64,000 nucleotides of DNA. It comes from Cycas panzhihuaensis (lineage: Eukaryota > Plantae > Cycadophyta). The position numbers and the translations under genes were made by a program. Within the stretch, counting starts at the first letter, position 1. Each line of letters opens with the position of its first letter. Location: positions 221,347,741 to 221,411,740 of the forward strand of contig CM041465.1 in NCBI GenBank assembly GCA_023213395.1. Direction: 5' to 3'. This document shows positions 25,326-39,300 of the stretch, piece by piece. The notes beneath the pieces were generated by a model. The model was not told the DNA's origin. It saw only the letters and a program-made list of their open reading frames with translations, and did not search any database.

Positions 25326-26502
25326 GTAAGGTAGAAATTACTAGTTTGTCCTAATGAAGAAATGATAAGAAATGAGGATGATTCACAACCTAATTATGAT
25401 CACAAAAATGTGACCCTATTTATTGAAGTAAAAATTAGTACTATATAAGATTGATATATGTTCTCAAGCATATGTCAAGTATATTTTGAATAAGATACAA
25501 GAACAAATACAGAGATGAAGATTAAAAACTAAATATAAATAGGTGAAAATTCAAAATTGAATTTGTCATAGTAAAGAAGTAAATGACGTAGCTATAGATG
25601 TAATTAAAGATCCCTATGTTTTATAAGAACTTTATATTTGGTCATGGTAGTTATATTACTACTTGAATGTATACCTCTATAGTAAACACATGTAAAAGGT
25701 GGTTATTGATCATTGTTGTATGTGTACTTTGTAGTTTAAAGAAGTCATTGATGATGTGTTTTGGTCAAAGGAGTCATTGATGATGGTATGATGACTTGTT
25801 CTGGTTAAAGATCCAATGATGATGATGTTTGTGACCAATTTTTAAGTCAATTGTTGATGTTGAGAAACTTCCATAATAGAATGTGAGCTTGATAAAAGTT
25901 GCTAGACATTAGTAGCCAAGTATTTCAACTTGCTCTTAAATGTCAAATTTTCAAATATCTATCTGGTTAAATAGTTCAACTTGCTCCTAAGATATACATT
26001 AATGAATTGGATTATTGAAGGGGTTGAAATACAATCCAAATGAAGACCTATTTAGTATTGATGACTCATGTATATAAAGACATTAACTAGACAAATGGTA
26101 GACACAGGGGCTAGTTTCCCATATGATCCAATAGATGTTGGTATCTTTATATGGATATCAATAATAATTTTAAAATAAAGCATGTGTATAAGCACACTAA
26201 ATAACACAGTTTGATGGCAAAGCATCAAGAGAACAAAGATTATATTTGGTATAGTTTTTTATTATAAGAAATTAAACAATATAGGGGGATGTTGGAATAT
26301 AATATTTAATTTAGGGGCCATATGTTTAATGAGGGTCATTATAAGTTTTAATTAAAGAGTATCTAGAGGGTAGTTAGGTAGTTATGCAACAATCTCTAAC
26401 AACCTTAAACCATATGTTATATATGTATGCATTTTATGTTCAATGAGATATATCGGTATATTGGTTATTTGGTTTTTATTTATCAAGTGTATACACCTTT
26501 CA

Positions 26503-27602
26503 AAAAGTCAAGATGGATTATTAACTAATCCAATAAACATAAAAGTTATTAGCAATTTATATTTACCATCAACCTTAATAATAGTGGGCAATTTTTTGAG
26601 GCACAATGCTAAAGGGAAAATTGATTTATAAAGATGAAGCTTTTGTTTAGTTAAAGAAATATAAGGATAATTTCCAATTATTCAAGTGGAAACTAGTAGA
26701 AGCACTAATTTTAAAGTTTCTAATTTAGGATAAGTGATTTCATATGTATCACAATACATTTAATGCAATAATTATCATCATTTTGCTTTAAATTAGTGAA
26801 GGTAATATCTATTGTCCTATTGATTTTATAATAATTTAATTAATAAAGGGAGAGAAAAACTATATAATAATGAAGCAAAAAGAATTAGGTATAGCTTTTG
26901 CCTTGCAAAAATTTTGGTATTAATTATTGGTTTTCTTTTTCATTTCTATATTAACCATCAAGCACTTGTATATGTAATGAATAAACTTACTCTTTAGGGT
27001 TATATTAGTTGATGGATATACTTATTTCAATAATTTAATTTTAAAATTATTGTCAAATAGAGTCAAATTCATTTTGCTCTTGATCATTTATGAAGGGTTA
27101 CTATAAACGAACTAGTTATATAGATATAAGATGATTTCCCAAATGCTCAACTTTTTTTAAGTTAATATTATCATATTTCTCAATAGTTAATTAATATTCC
27201 AATTGACATGTCAAAGAAAGAAGTAAAATCTTTGGCAACCAAAGACATACATTATTAATCAATTAATAGATACTTGTATTATATAAGATTTGATCTAATT
27301 ATATATTGATATATACCTAATTATAAAGCATCTTTGATTTTATGATTAGCTCATGAGGGGGCCTATGAAGACCATATAATAAGAGAAAATCTAGTACAAA
27401 AAGTCTATGTAGGTGTGTGGTCATTAAAACTACTTTAAGATATAAATTAGTGGATTATATATATAACATATATAAAAGGACATATCAATTATCATAAGTA
27501 GATCATCTATCTTTAAATCTTATTATCTTATTAACATTATTTGCCAAATGGATAAATGATTCTATCAGAATGATTAATATAGTACTGACTTATGCTTGCA
27601 TA
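26503..27602 (+). pseudogene. pol: Host Gypsy RT end, RNaseH and integrase start
   Basis: SQDGLLTNP resumes the RT frame after the TSD; HQALVYVMNK..WIYLFQxFNFKII, DHL, AHEG, FAKW. Confidence 0.78.
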
Positions 27603-29355
27603 TATTTCACCATGAATGGACCCTTTTGGCATAGCCAGGTTCTTGTCTTGCTTTTTTTGTCTAAGATGCCTACTAGTTAGACTCGCATTCAATCAATTAT
27701 TATGATTTAATTAGCTTATTAATCATCAATTTTACTTTGAATAGTTATTTAGTTAGAACAATTTTGATAGGGTTTGTTATTATTTGCTACTTTACTTCAT
27801 TTGTATGATTTTAATGATTATTAATTAGATGACTACCTCTTATGTGTGATTTTGATACCATTAGTAGTCGATGATTGATCTAACAATGTATTTTTATAAT
27901 CATATTTAACATGGTTTGAGAATTTACTCCAAGTCATGTTTGTTGCCAATTATTAGACTGTTGTCAAATTTGCACTTTATTTGTTCTTATTTTTTACCAT
28001 TATTTGGTATGTTTTTACCTTCATCCAGTCTTCATATGAGTCATCACTGCTTAATTAAGGCCTAGTAATCTAACTTTATTAACATCTATTCAAGTTTTCT
28101 ACATTTTTCTACCTTTCTAGAATGTCATATTTTTGGCATTTTTAAATACACAATAGTACAAATAATACATGAAAATCTCTCGTATTTTGTATTTTATTTG
28201 TAATTTTATGTTTTATTTGTACTCCAATATTTTTAGTATACTCATATTTTTTACCAATTCATATGTAAAATTAGAGATAACATACAAAAATATCTATAAT
28301 TCTGACCTAACTCTAGCCTAGATCTATAGGGTGGCAACACCCTATCATCCCTAGTACATTCCCACTATGTTTACCTACCTCCATGCAACATTTTTGGAGG
28401 GAAAGAGTCTAAACCATGTCTAAAAACCATGGTTTTGGCCTCACCCCTTCCTCTCTCTTTTTCTATAATACCCCTCCATTTTTTAGAAGAATGGAGGAGC
28501 TTTTATGTAATGAAATGCTACCAAAATTTTAATAACACCTCCCTTTTGTGGTTTACCTTAGATCTCCAATACTTTTGGAGCTTCTTTCTTGGTGTTTATG
28601 AGGCTTTCTTGAGAAATTTGGAATCTATCTAAGGGTCTTTTTCCTTCTTACCTTAAAATTTACTCCTCCATTTATCCATTGTGCCCTCTTCTCTTAGTGT
28701 TCCACTAGACATTAACACATTTTATTTTCCACAAGATTGATTATTGCACATTCTCTAATTTTCAAATCATTAGGAGCAATTTCAAGGCATGTTGGATTTG
28801 GATGTGGCATTGATTTGAGGCTACCTTCATCTCCACCTTGTTAAGTTTGAAATGTACTTTACATTTTATGCTTATTTGATTAGTTAGAATAGTTCATTTA
28901 TTAAATTTTTTTTAAATAAGAAAAAAAAGAGTTTTATTTCAATTTCATGTCTTTTTATTGAGTCATTATGGTATTCATTATGTGAACCAATTTGAAAGAT
29001 CAAACCAATTTTGATTTCTAAATTATTTCTCATCATTCAAGAATTTAAAGTTAATTTACAGGATTGAACTAGTTTTAATCTATAAATTAATTATCATTAG
29101 ATTGTGATCTTCCTTCTCCTTCCTTACTTTTATTCACAATACATTAAAAGATTAGCCAAAAGTGGTTGTAAAACCATGATAATTCTTAGTGGAGAGGAAA
29201 ATGGTAAGGAGGGTATTCGAATGAATTGACCATACTCTTCTCCATAGAGTTTTGGTTATCTTTGACATTCTTTTCTTATTAAAACTTTTCATATACAACA
29301 AAAATACTGCCAAAATTTTGATAGATCTCTATAAATTGAATTCAAACTTTCAATT

Positions 29356-32300
29356 TATTAGAAATAATCTTTATGCATGTTAATGTTATCTTTATAAATC
29401 TCAATTATTATAAAGTTCATTTAATATTATGTATTTAATTAAAAGTTTGATGAAATGAATAGTTGTCCATTTCAACAAACTCTACTCTATCTTCTCAAAA
29501 TAATTATTTGAGAATCATTCATGCATGAGGTTGGCTACATGGATAAGAGGTTTGGTTGGAAAAAGAGAAAGAGCATGAGATACTCATCTTGCAACCATAT
29601 ATTCTAAAATTTTATTCTTATAAAATTATTATATTTATGAAGTGGTTTTTTCTCCCCCAAAGAGGTTTTCCACTTGCCAAATCATAGTGTATTGTCTGGT
29701 TATTCTTGCATTTAATTCATTTGTGATTGAGCCTATATTTTGACAATAATACCCTCTCTCCAACTTGGTTTCACAACAAGTTCATAATTTATGAAGTAAG
29801 TGGGTGAAGAACAATGTGATGGGTCTTCTTATTCACAAGAGCAGTGTTGATCCTAAGATCCAGCAAAGGTTGTTTGTCTATGGATTGTGGATTTCCTCTA
29901 ATAACTATCTTTATTTTGTATGAAGCAACATATTATGACTATTTTCCATATCTATCCATTGATTGCCATTGAGTAGTTAGAGAACAGATGTAGTTACACA
30001 CTAGATTTATTCAAAATAAAGGGCATAAATGCAGTTACACAAAATGGAGGACAAAGAGCAGTAAAATATAAGAAGACATCAACATCATTACTACTAACCA
30101 CACAAATGCCTAAAGCCTTGTAACCTTGCTTACTCCCTTGTATGATATGTTCTCATCTATAATCCATGAAAAGAATGCTAGAAGAATGTGCCTTATGTAT
30201 TTGAAGGTAGCCACTACTCTATCTCAATGTACCAACCATCAAACACAAATGTTAATGTCGTTGTTCTAAAATAAAAGATGCCCTTATGAAATGCCAATGT
30301 TAAAGACGTTATTGATTTGCTACCATTATGGAGAGTAACATCATTTTAATATATAGCTATAAACCCCATCACACAGAGATGCAATTGCATTAAAAACAAA
30401 GGCCAAAACATTTGGATGCAAGTAAAATAGAAGAAATAATCTAGATAGTGTGATCATAAATCCTTTCTCTTAAATGCACAAAGAAGAAATTATTGTGCTT
30501 CATCGATTATTTCATCCTTGGCTACCATTAAATAGAAGAATTTATGCATGCAAATTACTTGAAATTCATGAAGAAGCTATAGCTTTGAAGAGGCCATTTG
30601 ATAGATGGAAGACTCCACATGAAGTAGAGGTCATCACACATGTAAAGAATTCATATGTGAAAAAAACATCGATGTAAATCAGATCACCAAACCATCGTAC
30701 AGCCTATAAATTTAAATAAAATTACATTAAAATTCATTTATAACCCTAACATTAGGGTTAAATAATTTAGATTTTTATTTATTTACATCTAAACAAATGT
30801 TAACTTGATAATCCCTTAACCTGATAGCCCTCATACACATCCACCAAATTTTAACCTAACGATTAAATCGGACACATCACTTGCCTATATGACCATTCTC
30901 TTAATGTGAAATGGGGCTTAACCCCTAATTCTTAGGCCCCTCTCACTTCCAAAAGGGTATTTGTACATTTTCCACTGTAACTTCATCATCCAGAGTTGGA
31001 ATTTACTTTTGAAACTTGCAATCCGAATCCTGACTCAAATGCTAACATTTTGACTACTCACTTGAGCTTTTGTGACACTATTTTGATAGAGAAAACTTAG
31101 TGCAAAGTCAAAAAAACTAATCACAAGTAGGTAAGTTCAAGTATATGACTTAAACCAACAAATTTCTTTATAATTTTTCAATGTCATTACTTTAATTTAA
31201 TATGCTATCAATTATTTGTTAATTTAATTAAGTAATCCCATTATTTTCTCATACAATATTTTTATAAATTCATTCAATTTATTTATAACTAATTTAATTA
31301 TTATTTTTTAATGTTATTTATTACAAATAATATTATAGGTATATAAATCTTTGTAAATTTGATTTAATTCTTGATATGTATGATTAAAAATATAAATTAT
31401 TTGTAATCAATTTTTAATGTGTTAAAGGGACCATTTTTTTATTTTATTTATTAAATTTAATAATTCACTCATAATTATTTATGTATCTTTATTTCTATTA
31501 AATTAATATTATTTTTTCTTAATTATTGAATTAAAAATATTATGATTATCTTTATATTTGTGGCTTAAATATTTTAATTTTCATCTTATCATTTATTTAA
31601 TTTTATTAAAGATGATCTCATTTAATAGGTTTCATTTTCCAAAATGGAATTCATACTAGGAACAACCTCTTTTATCCCAATTCTAGTTTTAAACAACTCT
31701 AATTATATTGATTAGAAAGTCAAAGTATCTAACTAGCTCAAGCAACAAAAACTCTAGCAATATATGACAGGAGAGTTTACAAAACCTATAGACAAAACAT
31801 CAGACGCCTATATGGTTTACTTGATGAATTATGATAGAGCCCTAAACACCATCTTAACCTTTCTCCTGCTAGATATATGTATATATTTCTCTGATACAAA
31901 TGATTTTGCCTTAGCCCAGGCCATACTTAAAGAGAAATACGATAAAGTAGATACACAAGAAGTACTTATTCTTTAACAATAAATGTATGATTTGAAGTAT
32001 GAAGATTTCTCTGGAGTTGAAGAATTCTTATCAAAACTTCAACTCATAAATAAAGACTTAGAAAACCGTATAAAATCTTCAACAAAAATAGATTAAAAAA
32101 ATTGTAACTACTACTCATATAAAAGAGGATGATATACTTGTCTATTTATCTATTAATAAACTCTCTAAATACTTTAATCAATTTAAAATTGTTAGGCAAC
32201 AATGTGGACACCCTCCAATCACATTTAATAAATTGATAAACCAACTAGTTGAATACCAAACCATATTAATCTAGACTGAAAAAATATAAGATCTTTCCCA

Positions 32301-35300
32301 GGATTTTTTTTCTAAATCTAAGCCACAAAATAAATTGAGAAACCAAAGTAATTATCAAAATAATCATAATAGTCATCCTAAAATTTAAAAACCTCATAGA
32401 GTTTCTATCTTAAAGAATTATAATCAAAATACTAAATACTTTAGACCACCAAAAAATCAAAAATTTACCTAAATAAATATTTTTAAAAAGGAATAATTTT
32501 AATTCTAATAATAATTAAAATATCAGTTGTGCCTACTATCACAAAAAAATGCACACAATAGACGTTTATAAGAATAGAATTACTTCTAAAGCATGGAAAG
32601 CTTCTAAAAGGATCCAATTATGATCATATAACTCTAATATTTCTTTAACTACCACCACATCTGTATTTTTACTCTTACTTTTCAATGACCCTTGTGGATC
32701 TTAGATTCTAGTGATTCCCACCATATGATGGATACCAAGAATATTTATCTACCTATTAATATGATTTCAGTTCCATAAAGAAAATCACTTTTGAAAGTGG
32801 TTCTCAATTAGAAGTTAAAGGAACTGGTGAAGTTTCTTTAAAAAATGGTTTTATTAAGGATGTATTTTATGTTTTAGGTCTACTACCCAATCTTCTATCC
32901 ATTTATTAAATCTACCATAAGGATCTTATTGTCAAATTCTGGAAAGATAAATTTATTATTAAGCAACTATTTAACAAATTCAAACATATTATTTTAGGAC
33001 TTGTTGACCATAAAATAAGTTTGTACAACTTGATAAATTTAAATCATTATAAAACTAAACCCTTCACTACCTTTGTAGATAAATCTAACCCAATCAATAA
33101 GTTATAGCATGCACAATTTGACCATACAAGTTATGCCAAACTATAATATTTAAATCAATATGATACGGTACATGAGATCTCATCCTTATCAATGGTTTAC
33201 AATGTTTGTGAAGCATGTGTAATAGATAAACAACACATGGATCCCTTCCTTTATTGTACCTCATTTCCAGCAAAATTATCACTCAAACTTGTATATTAAA
33301 TATCCGCGGTCCCTTCCATGTACCATCATACTCTAGAAGTAAATATTTTATTACATTCATTAATTATTTTTCTAGAAAGTATTAAGTATATATGTTCAAA
33401 ACTAGAAGTCAAATATTCGATATCTTTATTGAATTTAAAACATTGGTTGAAAATCAATCCAACTTAAAAATTAAAATCTTTAAATCTAATAATGCCAAAT
33501 AATATTTAAGTAATAAATTCATTTCATATTACAAAAAACACATAATAAGATTTCAACATTCCATTGCCTATAGTCCCCAACAAAATAGTGTTATTGAATA
33601 TAAGAAAATTATCCTAGATAAAATGACCAAATGCATGTTACATACAAAATGTCTTAACTTAAAACTTTATGTTAAAGTAATAGCTTGCTCTAATTTATTA
33701 AACTGGTTATTAGGTAAATCTTCACATAATGTTACACCAGAACAAAAGTGGTCTAGTTGTAAACTATTAGTAAAGCATCTTAAAATATTTGGCAGCATTA
33801 CTTGGGAACATATTCTAAATAAAAAGACGTAAGAAACTAGATCCTAAAAGCTATAAATTTATCTTCGTTGGATACAATAAAGAAAGTAAAGATTATAGTT
33901 TACCAGATACTATTATGTACAAAATCTTAATTTTGTATGATATCATTTTTTATGAAGAGGGATCTTCATCAAACTCTAATCAAATAGAACTTCCTATTGA
34001 AAGTCTGTTAACTAACACTTACTTAATAAACCCTTTAAAAAAATAAGTTGACAATAAAGCAATTGAAAGTACAAAAGTCCAAAATTGGATACTAACTGAA
34101 CCTAATATATCAGATCCATCTACCTCTACAAACTAATCTTCTAAAAATAAACAACCAATTTGGACTAAAAAAAAACCTTTCTGATGTTAGTAATCCATCA
34201 AATACTAGAAGAACCCAATCACAAAAGTTATATGCTAATTTTACCTTAATGGACAAAGTAATGGCCAATAATGATCCTAAAATATTTAAGGAAGCTTGTA
34301 ATAATCCTGTATGGCAATAAACTAAGTAGAATATGATGCTCTTTAAAAGAATTCAACTTAGGATTTAGTTTCATTACCACCAGCTAAAAATTTGGTAGAC
34401 TATAAATAGGTTTACCAAACCAAATACAATTATGAAGTAGCTATATAAAAATATAAGGTACATTTGACAACCAAAGGTTTTTCTCAAATTGATAGTATTA
34501 ACTATACTAAAACTTTTTCTCATATTGCCAAAATAAATACGATCAAAATTATTATTGCTCTTGTAGCTAAAATTAGCTGGCAAATATATCAAATGGATGT
34601 AAAGAGTACCTTTCTAAATGGTGATCTTAACAAAGAAATCTATATGTCCTAATCCCTTGGTTTCGTATCTAACCCCAATCTCATCTGTAAACTTAAAAAA
34701 AAATTATATGGTCTTAAATAAGCCCCTTGGGTTTGGTATATTAAAATTGACAATTATCTTCTTTAGAATTGATACACTAAATGTACTAGTGATCTTAACC
34801 TTTATTTCAAATAACAAGATAATAATATTACTATTTTAATTCTTTATATTGATAATATTATAATAACTAGATCTCTACTTTTTTATATCCATCAATTAAA
34901 GTTCATTCTAATAAATAAATTTAAAATGACAGACTTAGGTTTTCTACACTATTTTCTTAGTCTACAAATCTGTCAATATAAATCATAAATATTTATTTCA
35001 CAACCTAAGTACATTATTGATCTAATTAAAAGATTCAATATGGAAAATTCAAAACCAACACTAACCCATCTACAATTAGGTGTAAAATTATTAACTAATT
35101 GTCAAACCCCACCTTGTGATTCCATGTTATATCATCAGTTAATAGGTAGTCTCATTTACCTAATCCACACTTGACTAGATATTTTCTATGTTGTTGTCTT
35201 ATGTTCCAAATATATGTAAAAGTCTAATGAATCATATTGAAAAGTAGTTAAATAAATTTTACAAAATTTGTAAGTTACAATCTATTATGGCCTAATATAT

Positions 35301-36273
35301 AATTTCTATAATGCTAATCTAAAATTGATAAGCTATACAGATTTTGATTGGGTAAGAGATTCAGATGATTAAAAATCTACAAGTGGATGTATCTTCTTTC
35401 TTGATTCTTCACCTATCATATGGTCTATCAAAAAGATGCAATCATTGGTCCTAAGTTGAATATCGAGCCTTGGTAGAAGCCAACAAGAAATCTCTTTGGA
35501 TTAAAGATCTGTTAAATGAACTTGGTTTGTTTTATGACTCTGATATTTAAATAAAAGTTAATAATCAAGGTGCAATTTCTATAGTCACTAATCTTGTAGT
35601 ATACTCTAGAACTAAACACATAGAATTACATTAGCATTTTATTCGTAATCTTGTAAATGATAATACTATTAATCTGTCTTATTGTCTTACAGATTTATAG
35701 ATTACTGATATACTAACAAAGTTGTTGATTGAAGCTAAGTTCGTCAAGTCATGAGAGTTATTAAAAATTAATGAAGTGTTTATCAAAGAGAGATTGACAT
35801 GTTGAAGTCTTCATCATCTCATTCTTTATCATCTTCATCTTCTATCGTACTAAAGATAACATTAAAAGGGGATATTAGAAATAATCTTTATACAAGTTAA
35901 TGCTATCTTTATAAATCTTAATTATTATAAAGTTTATTTAATATCATGTATTTAGTTAAAAGTTCAATGAAATATATGGTTGTTCATTTCAATGAACTCT
36001 ACTCTATCTTCTAGAAATAATTATTCGAGAATCATTCATACATGAGGTTGGCTACATGGATAAGAGATTTGGTTGGAAAAAGATAGAGAGGATGAGATCC
36101 TCATTGTGTAACCATGTAATCTAAAATTCTATTCTTATAAAATTATTATATTTATGAGGTGGTTTTTTCTCCCCCAAAGGGGTTTTCCACCTACCAAATC
36201 ATGGTGTATTGTTTAGTTGTTCCTGCATTTAATTCATTTATGATATTTTGACATTAATGCCTTCTCTCCAAAT
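29356..36273 (+). mobile_element. Ty1/Copia element, decayed
   Basis: LTRs 29356-~29761 and 35873-~36273; degenerate PBS tggtttcacaac; PPT aaaagggga 35864-35872; TSD poor. Confidence 0.9.
31643..35790 (+). pseudogene. gag-pol: Copia gag-pol
   Basis: LNNSNYIDxKVKV, WILDSSDSHHM, SPQQNSV, QMDVKSTFLNGDL, LYGLK, LYIDNI, RTKHIELH. Confidence 0.9.
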
Positions 36274-36399
36274 AAAATATAGCATGTATGATTTAAATTA
36301 TACATGTTATATTTTATTTGGTTTGTTGGTCTTGCCTTAAAATGGTTTCAATAAAAGAAATAATTTTTTTTTCCTTGGAAGTATTTCTAAAAGGTACCT

Positions 36400-39300
36400 C
36401 CTTTATCTTCTACTATTTTCTATTATTGCATTGTCTTTAAACCACATGAAAAAAGAAAGAAATGAGCCTATATATTTATTATTGGTTAAAGCTAATGAAA
36501 TGATTGATTATATCATTAATTAAAATTAACAAGCTTATTCTGATAAAAGACTCCTTCCAAGGATCCAAGCCTACTTAAGGTGACCATATATATGATCATC
36601 TCACATCTTCTATTAGAGCCCTTAAATTCACCATCAACACTAAGTTACATGTTGAGAACTCTTCTACTCCTAATCTTAAACTAGAAATTAAGGTCATCCA
36701 TTATACTAAGGGGAAGAAATAATAAGAGCCTTTTTCTCCCTCATCAAAGAAGACTCCTTGGTATTCTTGGCATCAAATTGATACCCATGATTAAAATGAG
36801 TGTCATCTTGTTTAAGTAATAGGTCAAAAAGCTCAAAGTAATAATAACCTTACTTCTAAGCCCAATCAAGATTAACTAATTCACAAGGACACCTTGCCTG
36901 ATTATGTTCAAAAGCATGATAAAGATAAAGGAAAAGGAAAGGTTACATCTAAATCTCCTGAAGACTCACAAACAAAAACTCATAGATCTTTGTCACTTTT
37001 TCCTCCTGACTTATTTGCTTTAGATCCATCCCCTTCACCATGAAGGATGGATCCTTCTCCTTAGTTGAAGAATTATGGACCATCCTTATTAGGATCTCAG
37101 TAATAGATTTATTGAGAAGTTTCCTAGAGTAATGTCAACTCTTACTTGAGGCCTTAGGGGTCCCTACCCCCAATTCCCCAACAAGTCTCATCCTCTCCTT
37201 TGATCTCTCTATTTTTCCTAATGAGAAGAAGAGGAATCCTAATGATATCCCCCCATTCTATATTTAAATCTATAAAGATAAGATTAACATTTGATGCATA
37301 ATTATCAACAAGGGATCATTAGTGAATGTGATTCCCCTTCATCACATTAAGGATTTAGAGATTTGTAGTTACAAACCTTTTTTAGTGAATTTTCTAAGGA
37401 TATGATAAGAATAAAAAAGGGCCATTAGGGTAGGCCACTCTCTTACTTACCTTAGAAGGGAAGACAGTTAAGGTCGACCTCACCATCATAGACCTTAACC
37501 TAGAATATAATATCCTCTTAGGAAGGCCTTAGATAAATCAAGTATTTGTAGTTTTAATTTTGCTTTTTGGAGAGCTCAAGTTCATTCATGAGAGAGAGAT
37601 CAAGATCATTAAATAAAAGAATAAATCTATCAAGAAATCTATACTTCTCATAGAATTGATCATAGAAGAAGGAGAGCCTTCCAACTCTTCGAACTCTTTT
37701 AAGTACTTCTTCTAGTCATTGGGCTTTGGGTAATAATTTTCCAGAGAGTCCCTTCCAATTCCCTCTTAAGAAGTTAAGTGTGCCAAAATGATCAATACCA
37801 TTTGCTTATAGGAAGGCTTTTCTTCAAGTCAATATTATATAGAAATATTTTAAAGCATATTAGAACCTTTTCCTATGCACACTCTTACATCCTCAATAAA
37901 GACTCTACCCCTTTGCCCTAAGATATGTATGGTGAACTCTAATTGGGCTGTTTAAGACTTAAAATACTATGCCTTCTCTTCTTCACATCATGGCATTAGT
38001 GATGATGCCTTACTTTAGGATAGTCCTCTTTTATCCTAGGAGGCCACCTCATTAAGATCGTCATATCATGAGTTGAATCTCAGATACATCCTTTTCTTAC
38101 ACCACATAAAGAATCTCAAGTCATTACTACACCTACTCCTCATTCTTCTCGATTAGTATGCCTCTCTCATGCTACCACTTTGTCTTCTAATGAGGCATCT
38201 TGTTATGAATATCCTCTCTAGACAACTTGATTTAATTAACATAGTAATAATCTCCTTATGCATTGGTATTTGGATCTCTTACCTCTAAAAGATAAGATAC
38301 TCCCTTCATATAGCTTCCCCATATTGAGTCTAACACAAGGAAGAGAAATTAACATAATCACTACTATCTTCTCTTTGATGAAGGTGATTACTGAAGAGGA
38401 TGTTGCATCTTTTCTCATTCCTATATCTCCTCCTCTAAATCTCTCTCTATTTGATGAGTTTAACTTTGGTTGGATTGTTTAATCAGATTGGAAGTTCCCC
38501 ACTCAAATTAATCTCTCATCTCATGCTTTGATAATCATTAATGTGTTTCCTGTCTAGGACCATGACACCCTTATAAAAATACCTACCAAAATTTACCTCA
38601 TCATCCTCTCTCTCAACCTAAAAGTTCTATCCTTAGAGATATTCTTCATCCTAATCACTTCAAGAATGATTAATCAATCTTGGAGCACTTTATAGGAGTC
38701 ACACTAAGCCTCCCATCTAATCATCATAAGCTTGACTTTGCCAAGTACTTACACCCTAATTCTCGCTTGCCTAGTTCAAATCAATCCTCATAAGACCCTC
38801 CATCTTTTGCAAGTCCTTCCCCTCTCCATTTTTGAATAAGGAAATGCCATACTCATTAGCAAGATAATGGATATAAACTTCAAGATCAATGAAAAACTAA
38901 GAATTATAAAGATAGGAGTGGATTACTCACTAAAAGAGGTTAAACAACTTAAAGAACTCTTCTAGGAGTTTGCACTAGTCTTTTCTTGGGACTACAATAA
39001 TATATAGGGTCTTCATCCTAATGTCATGGTCCATAACATCATAATACTCTTGGGGGCTAAACCTAAGACACAAAAGTAAAGACCTATCCATCCCTATATA
39101 TCCACACTTATTAAATAAGAGGTTGAGAAACTATTAGAAGTAGGCTTTATTAGAAGCATAGATTACTTGAAATAGATATCCAATATTGTTCTTATTGCTA
39201 ATAAGAATAGATCAATTTATATATGTATTGTCTTCCATGACATTAATGATGCATGTTCAAAAGATAACTCCTCCCTCCCATTTCTTGATCAAATTTAGGA

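Larger units (their letters stand above)
22757..26502 (+). mobile_element. Non-autonomous LTR retroelement carrying captured host-gene fragments
   Basis: LTRs 22757-22948 and 26290-26502 (TG..CA); PBS tggtatcagag 22952-22962; PPT aggggga 26283-26289; perfect TSD aaaag. Confidence 0.95.
1141..27602 (+). mobile_element. Old Ty3/Gypsy element acting as host for the nested insertions (in pieces: ~1141-1588, 5091-5125, 20934-22756, 26503-27602)
   Basis: RT and RNaseH/INT pieces are clear and rejoin across the 22757-26502 insertion; assigning 1141-1588 (gag-like) and 20934-21600 (knuckle/protease-like) to the same element is inference from order and strand. Confidence 0.55.

Noticed and set aside
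29780-30680. Possible captured gene in the Copia leader (incl. ORF 30474-30677)
   Set aside because: No recognisable protein motif in the frames I read
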